Below, piece by piece: positions 28,131 to 41,994 of a stretch of DNA of 64,000 bases; positions within the stretch are counted from its first letter, which is position 1, and every line of letters begins with the position of its first letter. Location: the NCBI GenBank assembly GCA_964016885.1, contig OZ024761.1, positions 19,406,001-19,470,000 of the forward strand. The letters are read 5' to 3'. The DNA comes from Eledone cirrhosa. Lineage: Eukaryota. A program made the position numbers and the translations under genes. The notes below the pieces were generated by a model, which ran no database searches, had not been told where the DNA came from, and was given only the letters and a program-made list of their open reading frames with translations.

Positions 28131-28322
28131 GGGCGGTGGATTGGCAGTATCAGTAGAGGGTTGGACGCCATGCTTTCCAGCATAGTTACGTCCCTTTACG
28201 GTCTGAGTTCAAATCCCGCCGAGGTTGACTTTGCCTTTCATCCTTACGGGGTCGATAAAATAAAGTACCAGTAATGTACTGGGTAATTGCTGGCCTTGTG
28301 CCAAAAGTAGAAACAATTATTC
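28131..28322 (+). mobile_element. tRNA-derived SINE family B (central GCCTTTCATCCTTACGGGGTCGATAAAATAAAGTACCAG domain)
   Basis: B-box GAGTTCAAATCC and tail GCTGGCCTTGTGCCAAAAGTAGAAAC. Other copies at ~12865-13010 and 40689-40915 (+), and 23708-23885, 27845-28015, 28720-29300 (three) and 62186-62375 (-). Confidence 0.85.
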
Positions 28323-29994
28323 TAATATATATATAGAGAGAGGGAGAGGGAGAGAGAAAGAGGGAGATGTTATAAACAGGATAAGTGGTGAGAAACGATG
28401 CCAAATCTATGTCTGTGTGTCTGTGTGTGTATTTATATAAATTTATATAATTTAGTTATTTTGTAATTTTGAAAAATCAGTTGCTAGAAATTTACAATTT
28501 GATTATAAGGTGTCGAGTGGGGAATATGACTACTTCTTTGAACAGTGTCTGTTAGAACTATAGTGGAAGTTGGTGTGAAGAGAGAGGGGGAGACGGGAGG
28601 AGAGAGGAGAAAGAGGGGGAGGAGAGAGCCGTAGAAAGGTTAACTGAACTAAAATGGAAGTATCATTATTGGTGATGTATAAAGATCAGAGAATTGTTTC
28701 TATATATTACTCAATAATAATGGTTTCTACTTTTGGCACAAGACCAGCAATTATCCCAGTGCATTACTGGTACTTTATTTTATCGACCCCCGTAAGGTTG
28801 AAAGGCAAAGCTAACCTCGGCGGGATTTGAACACAGAACGTAAAGGGCTGTAACTCTGTGCTGCAAAGCATGGTGTATGATGCTCTACCGATACTGCTAA
28901 TCTTCCGCCCTTATATTACTCAGTAATAATAATGGTTTCTTTTATAGGAACAAGGCCAGCAATTACCCCAGTGCATTACTGGTGCTTTATTTTATCAACC
29001 CCGTAAAGATGAAGGGCAAAGTTAACCTCGGCAGGATTTGAACTCAGGCCATAAAGGGCCATAACTCTAAGCTGCAAAACATGGTGTCTGACACTCTACC
29101 GATACCGCCAAGTGTTTCTACTATAGGCACAAGGCCAGCAATTTGAAGGGAAGGGGAAATTTGACTAAATCGACCCCAGTGCATTACTGGTACTTTATTT
29201 TATCGACCCTGTAAGGATGAAGGGCAAAGTTAACCTCAGCAGGATTTGAACTCACAACGTAAAGGGCCGTAACTCTATACTGTAAAGCATATTGTCCAAC
29301 ACACCACTAATTACTGTCAAGCAATTTAGTTTCTTACCCAGCCAAAAAATATTAAAAACTTTTCAACATTTTAAGTGCCATATATACCCCAATATGTGGA
29401 GGTGCATGGCCTAGTGGTCAGGGTGTTAGATTTATGGTTATAATATTGTAGGTTTGATTCCTGGACTGTGTGTTGTGTGCTTGAGCAAGACACTTCATTC
29501 TATATTGGGCTTGCAGACAAATTAAAATTATATTTTCCTTGGAAGCAATATACATGCATACATTATATATACATTATACATCATCATCATCATCATCATC
29601 ATCCACGTTTAACGTCCGTGTTCCACGCTTGCATGGGTTTGGACGGGGGTTTTCCCACTTGAGGCAAGAGTGATTGTCTTGCTCGCATAGGACTGCCTGG
29701 CGGGTTTTCTACAGCTGGATGCCCTTCCTAACACCAACCACATTTACAGTGTGGGGCTGGGAGGTTTTTACCGCATTGCCTATACATATATATATATATA
29801 TATAGAGCCACAATTTTCAATCCAGGTATCTATAAAAGTGTGTATTTATTTATATATATACATATATATATATATACCTTACATATATACACACACAAAC
29901 AGAGGTGCATGTATGTGCATATGTTCTTGCATTTTAATTGGGACATGTTTTTTTGTATCTTTCAATATTATATATATGTGTGTGTGTGAGTGTG

Positions 29995-30028
<34 letters not shown>

Positions 30029-30447
30029 TATACACACACACACATGTATAAATAGATAGAAATTCTTTGAAAATTTCTCTAAAATATTTAAAAATGTAAA
30101 ACTACAAACAGAAATGAACTACTAAACCTCCTTCTGTCATATTTGTTTTTATTATATACACACATACAAATATATATATATATATGTGTGTATGTCTGTG
30201 TATACACATGTAGGATTGTTTTTTTACCGTTTATATATACATATATATACATACACATATATATATATATATATAAAAATATATATATCCATATATATAC
30301 ATACATTTATATAAATATATATATATACATATATACATACATATATATAAATATATATATATACATATATACATACACACACATATATATATACATATAT
30401 ACATACATATATACATATATACATACATATATATATACACATATATA

Positions 30448-30507
<60 letters not shown>

Positions 30508-32169
30508 CATATATATACATACATATATATATATACACATATATATATACATACATATATATATACACACACACATATATATACACACACACATATATAT
30601 ATATATAGAGGGAGAGATACAGAGAGAGAAGGGGGAAGAGAATTATGGGATTTTTTTTGACAATTATCTTTTTGTGTGCATTATTTATCAAACTGTTTGA
30701 TGTTGGTTAGTCCTGCGGCTGTCTTAACATGGAGGGGGGGTGTTGGTGGTGTGGTGGTGTGGTGGTGGTGGTAGTGTTGGTGGTGGTGGTGGTGGTGGTG
30801 GTGGTGGTAGTGTTGGTGTAGTGGTGGTGGTTGTGGTGGTGGTGGCGGTGGTGTGGTGGTGGTGGTGGTGGTGGTGGTGGTTGTGGTGGTGGTGGTGGTG
30901 TGGTGGTGGTGGTGGTGGTGGTGGTGGTGGTGGTGTAGTGGTGGTGGTGGTGGTGGTGGTGGTGGTGGCGGTGTAGTGGTGGTGGTGGTGATGGTGTGGT
31001 GGTGGTGGTGGAGCTTGTGGTGGTGGTGGTGGTGTGGTGTAGTGGTGGTGGTGTGGTGGTGGTGGTGGTGGTGGCGGTGTAGTGGTGGTGGTGGTGATGG
31101 TGTGGTGGTGGTGGTGGAGCTTGTGGTGGTGGTGGTGGTGTGGTGTAGTGGTGGTGGTGTGGTGGTGGTGGTGGTGGTGGTGGGTGCAGTGTTGGTGATG
31201 GTGGATACAGTGGTAGTACTTGCTGCTGATAATGATAGTGATGGTGATGGTGGTGGTGATGGGTGCTCCGGTAATGCTTGCTGGTGGTGGTGGTGGTATT
31301 GATGGTGATGATGATGATGGGTGCTGTAGTAGTGCTTGCTGATGGTGGTGGTGGGTGTAGTGTTGATGGTGATGATGATGGGTGCTGTAGTAGTGCTTGC
31401 TGATGGTGGTGGTGGTGGTGGTGGGTGTAGTGTTGGTGGTGATGATGATGGGTGCTGTAGTAGTGCTTGCTGATGGTGGTGGTGGTGGTGGTGGGTGTAG
31501 TGTTGGTGGTGATGATGATGGCTGCTGTAGTAGTGCTTGCTGCTGCTGATGGTGATAGTGATGATGGATACAGTGGTAATGCTTGCTGCTGATGATGATG
31601 ATGGTGCAGCTGGTGTTTGGTGCTGTGGTGGTGGTGGTGTTGGCTGCTGATAATGATGGAGTGTGTGTGTGTGTGTTCTCTCCCTTTGATGTCCTCCTTT
31701 CTTCTCTCACTCATTGCTGCACATCAAACCCTTTCATCTCTCTCCCCCCCTCCCTCTCTCTCTCTCTCTCTCTAATGATGAACAATCCATTCTTTCTTTC
31801 TTTCCGTCTTTTCTTCTGTGATAGCACTGGATCATTGTCATTGGTAGTGGTGGTGGCGGTGGTGGTAGGGGTGGTAGGGGTGGGGTGGTATTGGTGGTAG
31901 TAATGATGATGGTGGTAGTAGTGGAGGTGGTGGTGGTATTAGTGATAGTAGTGGTAGTGGTAGTGATGGTGGTGGTAGTTGTAGTGGTGTTGCTGGTAGT
32001 GATGGTGGTGGTAGTGACGGTGGTGGTAGTGGTGGTGGTTTGGTTTAGAAATGAAGATGGTTGGGTAGGGCGGAAGATGAAGGTGTGGGTGGTAGCTATT
32101 CTGTCTCATTGTTGCAGTTGTTGTTATATGCCATCTTTAGTTGCTGTTGTTATTTGTGTTGTGGATTTG

Positions 32170-32218
<49 letters not shown>

Positions 32219-32226
32219 TATATGAA

Positions 32227-32269
<43 letters not shown>

Positions 32270-32272
32270 GAA

Positions 32273-32322
<50 letters not shown>

Positions 32323-32421
32323 CATTTAACATCTGTTTTCTCTGCTAGCAAGAGTTGGCAGGGAAAATGGGACGATAGACAACGATGGTGATGATGATAT
32401 ATATATATAAAAATATGTGAC

Positions 32422-32459
<38 letters not shown>

Positions 32460-33151
32460 GGTATATATAGATATTATATGGGGGAGGAGAGAGAGAGTGT
32501 GTGTGATAGATTAGAATGTGGATGTGAAGGATTAGAAGAAAAAGGGAGAGAAGCGCGGGTGGGAGAATGTGGGTCAATGAGCCGGATAGATCGATAAATA
32601 TTTGTGTCTGCGTCTGTGTGTGTATCTGTGTGTCTGTGTCTCTGTATCTGTGTCTATGTCTGTGTCTATGTGTATCTGTGTGTGTGTGTCTGTGTCTGTG
32701 TATACATAATAGGTATGCACACACACATACTTGCATACATGCACATAGACACACACACATATATACATACACACACATATACATACATGCATATAGACAG
32801 ACACACACATATACATACATGCATATAGACAGACACACATATACATACATGCATATAGACACACACACATACATACATATAGACACACACACATATACAT
32901 ACATGCACATAAACACACACATACATATACACACAGACATGTATATACACATCACGTGTTCATACACCTACATAGACACACACAGACATATACATCATGC
33001 GTTCCAACAGACATATATATGCACACACACACACAATGACATGTTCACATACATATATAAACACATACATATATACATACACAGATACACACACACACAG
33101 AGCAGGAATGTAGTGTTCTACATCATATATATCACATAGTGTGACACACAC

Positions 33152-33183
<32 letters not shown>

Positions 33184-34303
33184 TCGTGATAGAGTGGTAC
33201 AGTCACATATAGACATTCACACACACGCATTTATACTTGCATACATGCATATACATACATGCATATAGACATACATGCATATAGACACACACACACATAT
33301 ACATACATGCACATAGACATACATGCACATATACACACACACATATATACATACATGCACATACACACACACATATTCATACATGCATATAGACATACAT
33401 ACATGCACATAGACACACATACATGCACATAGACACACACATATACATACATGCACATAGACACACACACATATACATACATGCATATAGACACACACAC
33501 ACACATATACATACATGCATATAAACACACACACATATACATACATACACATAGACACACACACACATATACATACATATAGACACACACACACATGCAC
33601 CTATACATACATGCACATACACACACATATACATACATGCACATAGACACACACACATATACATACATGCATATAGACACACACACACATATACATACAT
33701 GCACATATACATACATGCATATAAACACACACACACATATACATACATGCACATAGACACACACACACATATACATACATATAGACACACACACACATGC
33801 ACATATACATACATGCATATAGACACACACACAGAGCAGGAATATAGTGTTCTACATCATATATGTTCCATAGTGTGACATATATATATGTGTTATGTCA
33901 CATATATATATGTGTTATGTATATGTGTTATATATATGTCATATAACATATATATATATGTCACATAACATATATATATATATGTTATGTGACATATATA
34001 TATATATATATGTGTTATGTGACATATATATATGTAATAGGAAGGGCATCCAACTGTAGAAAACCTGCCAGACAGTCCTATGCGAGCAAGACAATCACTC
34101 TTGCCTCAAGTGGGAATACCCCCGTCCAAACCCATGCAAGCGTGGAACACGGACGTTAAACGTTGATGATGATGATGATGATGATGATGTTCACAGTCAG
34201 GCTTATGCACAGCAGGAATGTGGTGTGTCACATATACTACATTTTGTAACACATATACATGTTTATAGACGCACTAATACACACACACATATATATATAT
34301 GTA

Positions 34304-35174
34304 CAGGGTGCGGACAATATTTGTTCGCAAGTCTAGGAAAAAATAAGACAGTAGTTTTATTTTTTAAGATTTATTTATCAAACTTGGGTCAGTTTGTCTT
34401 CATGACTTGTTCTTTCGATCTCACTCGATAAACCCGCCATTGGCTTTGATGACGGCCTCAAGGCGGCCTCGGAACCGGCTACAGGCCTTCGTCACTGTCT
34501 CCCGACTTAGGCCCCTAAAGGCACTTGTGATCCTGGCCTTCAGATCGTCTTTCGTATTGCAGCTAGATCTGTTGGTGTCTCGTTCCACTGCACCCCACAC
34601 AAAGAAGTCGAGGGGGTTGCAGTAAGGCGAGCTGGGAGGCCAGATGTCAGGTGAAGTGTGGTCGACGAAGTTCTCTGACAGCCATGCTTGGGTCTTTCGG
34701 CTGGTATGGCAGGACGCTGAGTCTTGCTGCCACACGGACGGCCTATCTGCAGCTACCTGGTCGATCCAGGGCTTTACTACCTCGCTCAGAACGCGGATGT
34801 AGCCATCAGTGTTCAGCTTGAGCCCCTTAGGGATTAAGTGAGGTAGCATGACGTCACCTTGACTGCTGACAACACCTAAGACCAATGTTGTCGCTGGAAA
34901 CTTTGTCTGCATGATTCTGGGCACGTCTTTGGATGAGACAACGAGCCACCTGTTGTTCTGGGAGTTGATCTTCTGGTCTTATTTGTCCTCCCGGCGTGGA
35001 TTCCAAGAAGAACTCTGTGTCTCTTCCACAAATTTGGAGGTTCAAAATTATTCATAATCAATTATTCTGAAAATAAATAATGGAAATATAGTCACTGTTT
35101 TTATGAACGGAAGTAAAAAAATTTTGCATAAAATTAGCAGTTGAAAATTGCGAACAAATATCGTCTGCACCCTG
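34304..35174 (-). mobile_element. maT (DD37D) Tc1/mariner transposon, internally deleted
   Basis: TIRs CAGGGTGCGGACAATATTTGTTCGCAA / TTGCGAACAAATATCGTCTGCACCCTG with TA TSD. ORF 34421-34924 reads WQQDSASCHT...WPPSSPYCNPLD, with 37 residues between the 2nd and 3rd catalytic Asp. Confidence 0.92.
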
Positions 35175-35246
<72 letters not shown>

Positions 35247-35610
35247 GAAAAAATCAAAATGCAAAAAGCAGGGTTTGTTTACCTTAATTTGTTGATATGT
35301 CCTGATATTTTGAGATTAATATCTCTTCATCCGAGGACAATAAAGAAACTCTATATAAGTATATATATGTACATACGTACTACATATTGTAAATGTGTGT
35401 ATGTACATATGTATATATGTACTCTCACACACACACATATATGTATAAATATATATATATGTGTATACATACATACAGCCCTTCATATACACATATACAC
35501 AGTGGTAGTTACACTGATATTCTTGCATTGTTAAAGTAATTAGAATAATTATCATGATTGCAACAATTAATTTTTAAAATGAAAAAGTCCTATAATTTTA
35601 TTTATTGCAG

Positions 35611-35973
35611 GCAGTGGATATTTTGTGGTTACCCCAGACACATATCGAGTTCCTTTGGGTGAGAATTCCTTTGCTGTACCCTGGTCTCCTTATAAACCAT
35701 TCTACATTCCCATGGTACCACCCCCCAAGGCACAGGTCCGTTCCATATCATGTCAGACGTCAAGCAGTGCACACGACAGCAAGAAAACGTTATCGAGCAA
35801 GACGAAACCACAGAGAAGCCAAAGTGCACGAGCTTCGCGCAACCGCTACAGGAAAAGCGCCCACGAGCACATGCGGCGTAGTGCGTCACTCAAGTTTAAG
35901 TCAGACAAAACCCTCGGTTCTACGAAGGATATAAATCTAAAGAACAGCAACATCAATCAAGACAAAAACAAAG
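35611..35973 (+). CDS. STOX: Storkhead-box protein, internal coding exon
   Basis: Acceptor tttattgcag|GC and donor AAAG|gtaggt. Phase-compatible with the previous exon, giving HTG|SGYFVVTPDTY (STOX motif GYFIVTPQTY), then a basic S/R/K-rich region. Confidence 0.92.
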
Positions 35974-36124
35974 GTAGGTATTTCTAAAGCATATTTTATT
36001 GTGTTTCCGCTAATTTTTAAATTTGTTTCTATTCTCCGTTTGTCTGTGTCAACCTTGGAACACCAGAAATGTTCTCACTGAATAAGATAACAAATTGACA
36101 CATGCATAATGTACTGATTATGTA

Positions 36125-36490
36125 TACCCAGAAACCTCATTCTTTCTTCGTTTCTTGAGCCATAACCATATCCACCATGTACCCCAGTGTATCCATCCTG
36201 GAGCTGTCCAACATGACCATTGAAGTCACCTGCTAATATAACTAGGTCTCTGTCCTCTGTCACTATGGTTGTCTCTAGAAGTTGCTCATAAAAGCAGTCC
36301 TTCTCTTCTTTACCTAGGCTTGCTTGGGAAGCATAGGTAGAGATAATTGTCAGCAGCCTATTGCTTACAACAAATCTAATCTTGATTCTATTACTTACTC
36401 TAACTACCTCTATTGTCTTGTTAATCCACTTCTCAGCCAGTAGAATGCCTACCCCACCTATCCCATCATAGTTTCCTACCTAGAAAAGTT
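36125..36490 (-). mobile_element. RTE LINE apurinic-endonuclease fragment
   Basis: DLVILAGDFNGHVG...GVHGGYGYGSRNEER, preceded by GVGILLAEKW and TIISTYASQ-like segments. Confidence 0.8.
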
Positions 36491-37280
36491 TATAGCTAAG
36501 CTGTTTGCCTATGATTAGCTGTGCTGAGGCACCTCTCCATCTCACCTCTTGCACGCAGCACACATCCACATGTATGTGTATATGTGTGTGCACACATATA
36601 TATATTCAGGACAACAGCTGTATAAAAAAGTGCAAAGCAATCAAAATTGATGGAAGCTACGGAGTGGGTATACCAAGAAAAACCTGGAACGAGGTGATGA
36701 AAACCAACTTTGCTCACTTACACCTCTCTAAGACAATGTCACTGGATCGAGATCTTAACCCAATATACATCCCACCCCACACACCCTACTCTATCCTCTC
36801 ATTTCCGTCCACTGTAAAGTGGTCGTGTAGGTGACACGACAAAAAGGCTCCCAGTCCACACTGTAAATGTGGTTGGTGTTAGGAAGGGCATCCAACCGTA
36901 GAAAACCTGCTAGGGACAGTTCTGTACGAGCAAGACACGGTCTCCTGACCAATCTCGTCTCAAGTGGAACAAAACTGTCCAACCCATGCTAGCGTGGAAG
37001 ATGGATGTTAAATGATGATGATGATATATAAATTTATATATTGTATCCTGTTTAGAATAGGGACACCATATCCTTTCATGTCATAAGAAGCATTGATATC
37101 AAGAATTTTATGTTATGTTCCAAACACCAGCTTAATAATGAGAAAGTTACATTACTAAATTCCTGTATATTCTCAATTATTTTCCAAATTATTTGAAAAC
37201 CATAGGCAGTAATATTTTCTTTAGAAATATGGTAACGAAAAGGTTAAATTATTTATTCTTTCTCTCTTGTTTACTTTCAG

Positions 37281-38914
37281 GTGAGAAAACAACACTGTTC
37301 AGCAAACTGTTTGGCCGTTACAAGAAGAAAGCATCCCCAAATAAAGAGGTGGAATATGCTACATTCTCTGCCCAGTTCCCTCCCCCTGAATGGCAGTGGT
37401 ACCAACAACAGCTGGAGAAGCAACGGCGGACCGAAGAGTGGATCAGTGACCAGCAAGTGACCAAGTCCAATACATGGCATTACCTTTACACTGTGCAGGA
37501 CAGTAACATCGTTGGTAAAAGCGGTCTGGCCACTGGACCAGCTGGCTCGAAGATAAAGTCAGCGACCGTCCCTCCTATTGTCACATTGCCTCCCTATAGC
37601 TGCGAGCCTATGTGCTCCGAACAGGCCAGTCCAAAAGAATTGGTCCATTATAACTCCAAATTTGGTAAAGAGCATGATCTGCAAGCGAGCATCAACCGAT
37701 GGTCAGTTGTGGTCGACGAACCGCCAGATGTTTCAAAGCACCACCCACAGCAACATTCGCCCTGCTACGACGGAGCAGGCAACGAACCGTCATCAAAGCA
37801 TCGTAGCAACCAGCACCACAAATGTCCGCGTAAATCTACCTCGAAGACATCATCGCAAAGAACCAACAATGCTGCCTGCGAACACGGCCATGAGACAGTG
37901 CAACAGAAAGTCAGCAAACAGCGGAAAAGACTGGAACGCTACAGCTACTGTGAGGATTACTATGGTAACGATATCAGTATTGAATACAAGGGCAAACTAC
38001 CAAATAAATACTCGATGTATGCTTATTCTCGAGACAGCGGGGTGAACTGCATTGGCTTGAGTTCTGGGTTTGCTGAGGACATGAAAGTGGATTTATCGCA
38101 GAACACTCAGTCAAAACAGGATCTTGAGCCGAGTCGCATCTCAAAGAAAGTCCACCGAGCATACAAGAAACGGTCCGGCACGAAACACCATCGGCATCAT
38201 CATTCCCGAAAGAATGTTCGCAGCAATCTCTACGACAGCAACGAAAACTGCGCCGTCGACATACCGACTGCGACGATTGCAGAGGAGTTCCCCGAGACGT
38301 GCAGCTATTTAGACTCGAGCCAGTTGTTTGACAACAGCTACCACCACCACCATCATCATCATCATCACCACAACAGCTGCACAGGGAACGGTCGAGACGG
38401 CGCAGCTGCGGACACTGGACAGAAGCTGGCTGCGGGGGAGAGCAGTGAACAGAGCTTCAATACGGTCATTCCGAACTCTGGGACGCATCATGAGTGTCCG
38501 ATGGAAAACCTGGTTCATGAGACCAGGGAGTTGAACCTCAGAGACAATAACCACAGCTTATGCACACGCAGCCACCATGTGGCCGTTCCACTGGACACTG
38601 GTCAACACCGGCGCCAGAAAAAGAGACACAGCATGCACGTGTCTTCCAATCGTTCTGCGTCGGCTGAGAACGCTCGAGACAGTTGGCAGCTGGGCTCCGG
38701 CGAGTCTCTAGACCCTCACATCTTAAACAATCAACAAATCGCCAGCCACAAACCTGATACTTCCTCCCATAGCAACAACCCTCGCCCCAGGTCCTACATG
38801 GCACGTTCCTCACAGCTGAACTCAAGCAAAGACCTCACTTCCGATGGGAACACTCGCCAGTCGACATCAAGGGGCCACTTTGATGATGACTTCCAAGTTG
38901 TCGGGGTTGTATGA
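37281..38914 (+). CDS. STOX: Storkhead-box protein, large terminal coding exon
   Basis: Acceptor ttactttcag|GT, phase 1, open frame to TGA at 38912-38914. Contains [12 protein letters not shown]...[12 protein letters not shown] (conserved STOX FSAQFPPEEW motif), DSGVN and a His10 tract; ends FQVVGVV*. Confidence 0.92.
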
Positions 38915-39661
38915 GAAGTCGTACAAGTAACAGACAGTACGCCCTATATATTTTGGTCGGGGGTTTGGTTGGCTGGCCAGTTGCACTATTGCCTATTGGA
39001 TACAACTGTTGCACTGCAAAATGTGCATACATTCTATGTGACAGCAGATTGGTGCAACTCCTGCATATATTAATTGCCATAGAAACAACATTTAGGTCTC
39101 CCCCACCCCTTCCCAATTTGTCTTCACTTCTTGTTGCTGTGTGTGTATGTATTACATATATATATTTGATTGTATGTATATATATATATATGTTTATGTG
39201 TATGTACATATATATATATATATATGTATATGTGTATATGTATATATATGTATATGTGTATATATATATGTGTGTATGTGTATATATATCTATGTGTGTA
39301 TATATATATATGTGTGTATATATATATGTGTGTGTGTGTGTATATGTTTACATATATGTGTGTATTTATATATATATGTATGTATGTAGATACATATATA
39401 TGTGTCTATAGGGATGCATGTATGCAGATGTATGTGCACTTTTGAATGTGCAAATGGGATAAAAAGTACTTAATACATGTAGTAGAGAATATTTATTGTT
39501 TCACTCTGTTGCTACTCAGAGTTTCTGGTATATTTTTCACTTTTCGAGGTGACCAAATTATGGACCTCTTTGTTACCTGAAGAAACACAAATAGGGAGGA
39601 ACTCAGTAGCAACAGAGTGAGTGAATTCTCAGCTTCAAACAAATTTATACATACACATATG

Positions 39662-40045
39662 AAGGTGCATGGCTTAGTGGTTAGAGCATTGGGCTTGCAA
39701 TCGAAAGGTTGTGAGTTCAATTCTCAGACTGGGTGATGTGTTGTTTCCTTGAGCAAGACACTTTATTTCACATTGCTCCAGTTTACTCAGCTGTAGAAAT
39801 GAGATGATAGGACTGGGGTCCCTATCATTCCATTGCAAAGTGGTCGTGGAGGTGCCACAGCAAAAAAGCACCCTGCGTTCACTGTAAATGAGGTTGGTGT
39901 TAGGAAGGGCATCCAGCTGTAGAAATCAAGCCAGAATCTGTTCCCGTATGAGCAAGACAAGGTCAGCCAACTGGACACTTCTCACAACAGGACAACCCGT
40001 CTAATCCATGCTAGCATGGAAGAACGGACGTAAAATGGTGATGAT
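39662..40045 (+). mobile_element. tRNA-derived SINE family A, full-length, with RTE-like 3' tail
   Basis: A box TGGCTTAGTGG, B box GAGTTCAATTC, core CCTTGAGCAAGACACTTTATTTCACATTGCTCCAG, tail CATGCTAGCATGGAAGAACGGACGTAAAATG(ATG)n. Partial copies at ~21035, 21552-21872, 23205-23610, 26870-27060, 29395-29765, 34037-34190, 36790-37022 and 62515-62710. Confidence 0.88.
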
Positions 40046-40254
40046 GATGATGATGATGATGATGATATATATATACACACACACATTCTGAGGCAGTTAA
40101 TGTTGGATTGTGTGAGATGGAAAGGTTTTATTGTGCCACCACAAAGAAATGAATGAATTTAGTAGTAGACACTCAAATAGATTATTCTAGATTTATAGGT
40201 TTAATAATGACATCAACCATTTACTAATGGAGTGACTCCATACTTGTAATAGTC

Positions 40255-40303
<49 letters not shown>

Positions 40304-40306
<3 letters not shown>

Positions 40307-40647
40307 ACCTGTAAACATACCGTGTTTCTTTAGAAATACAACATTTCTATACATATCTGTATACAGCTATGCCTGAGCCAACTTATGCAGCTTCATATGC
40401 AAATGAGATTAATCACCTCATTTACACAGACGAGGAAACTATATATTCTCAACTGTTCTCAAGTCCAGCAGTCGCAATTGTGGGAGGGATCGTCCTGGTG
40501 AGGACCAGTTAAGTCTGAAATGCAGCGATGATTGTCCCCCTTGCTTCTGCTGGACACCACCAGAGGGCGTTAGATCCGGTGTTTTTTTGCATAGCTACGG
40601 CTTTCTAAATGTTTATCTGTAAACATACCGTGTTTCTTTAGAAATAC
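40304..40647. mobile_element. Short element bounded by 36-bp direct repeats, inserted in (TA)n
   Basis: TTTAYCTGTAAACATACCGTGTTTCTTTAGAAATAC at 40304-40339 and 40612-40647; family unknown. Confidence 0.55.
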
Positions 40648-41486
40648 GAAATTTATATATATATATATATACACATACATGAGAGTGAGGGCGGTGGATT
40701 GAAAGTAACTGGTAGAGCGCCAGACAACATGCTTTGCAAGCATATAGTTACGGCCCTTTATGTTCTGAGTTCAAATCTCGCCAAGGTTAACTTTGCCTTT
40801 CATCCTTAAGAGCTCGATAAAATAAAGTACCAGTTACACACTGGGGTTGATTTAATCAACTTTCTCCACTTCCTTTTAAATTGCTGGCCTTGTGCTAAAT
40901 ATAGAAACAATTATAGTGTTTGAAACTTGACTGGTACTTAAAGTTTCATCAATTCTTTCTAGTCATCCAGTGGAGATGTTATAGAAAAGTGTATATATAT
41001 ATTATACAAATATAAATTGTGTTTATATATATATATATATATAACCTAACATAAATGATATATGTGTGTGTTTAAAAGGTAAACAAAAATAACAACACAA
41101 TCGGTACAGTATATGGAAGCAATATATTAGGTTAACGCTTGAAATAGCAGGAAGAGGGTTTTAACATTTCGGGCGCTAGTCCTTCATGAGAAATAAGATA
41201 GATTGAAGGGATAGGTGGGATGGAATTGGAAAAACTGTTTTTAGAGAAAAATAACATTCATGTTGCCATCTCTTGTTCATGTATGTATATATACATACAT
41301 ATATATATATATAGTCACTAGAAGATGCATGTAGAATAAGTGTTCAGACCAAAAAATGCCTCTGTAACTTAAAGTATTCTAAAGTGTGTGACCAATAACA
41401 TGTATTAAAACAGGTATGTGTCTGTGAATGTATGTATGTATGAAAGACTTAAAAAGTACATGTATGTTTACATATACACATACACT

Positions 41487-41523
<37 letters not shown>

Positions 41524-41994
41524 CTACATACATATATACATATGTGTGTTTGTGGTTGTATGAAAGTCCCCATCAAATATTTTATAACCAAATTTAAAGT
41601 CTATGAAATGAAATGAAATTTATTGTAAAAAAAAGAAAGAAAAAACAATTTTAAGGGACGTTTCATCAACTGTGTGACCCCTTCCTGCTCTCTTTCCCAA
41701 TGTCAATCTGCCCTCTTCCATATATATATATATATTTGTCCATTCCTTCCCATTAACACAAAAGAAACAGACCCCCCCCCCCCCCCTGTCTTCAATATAG
41801 CATTAGGTAAAGTTTCCTGTGAAATCAAATAGCCTTGTGGTTAGAGTGTTTGACTTGTGACCATAAGGTCAAGAGGTCACTTCTTGCATCAAGCAACATG
41901 TGACCCTGATTAACATGCTTTGTTTCACATTGCTTTTCATGATAGGACTAGGGCACCCTGTCATTAAAAGCCTCCTACAATATGCAACTATGTA

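Noticed and set aside
35299-35340. Hammerhead-like remnant on the minus strand (ATGAAGA-GAT..ATC-TCAAAA)
   Set aside because: Both catalytic boxes are mutated; too degenerate to call.
37193-37280. N-terminal part of the 573-aa ORF as a gene start
   Set aside because: Intronic MITE end and polypyrimidine tract before the acceptor at 37280; the start codon is not ATG.
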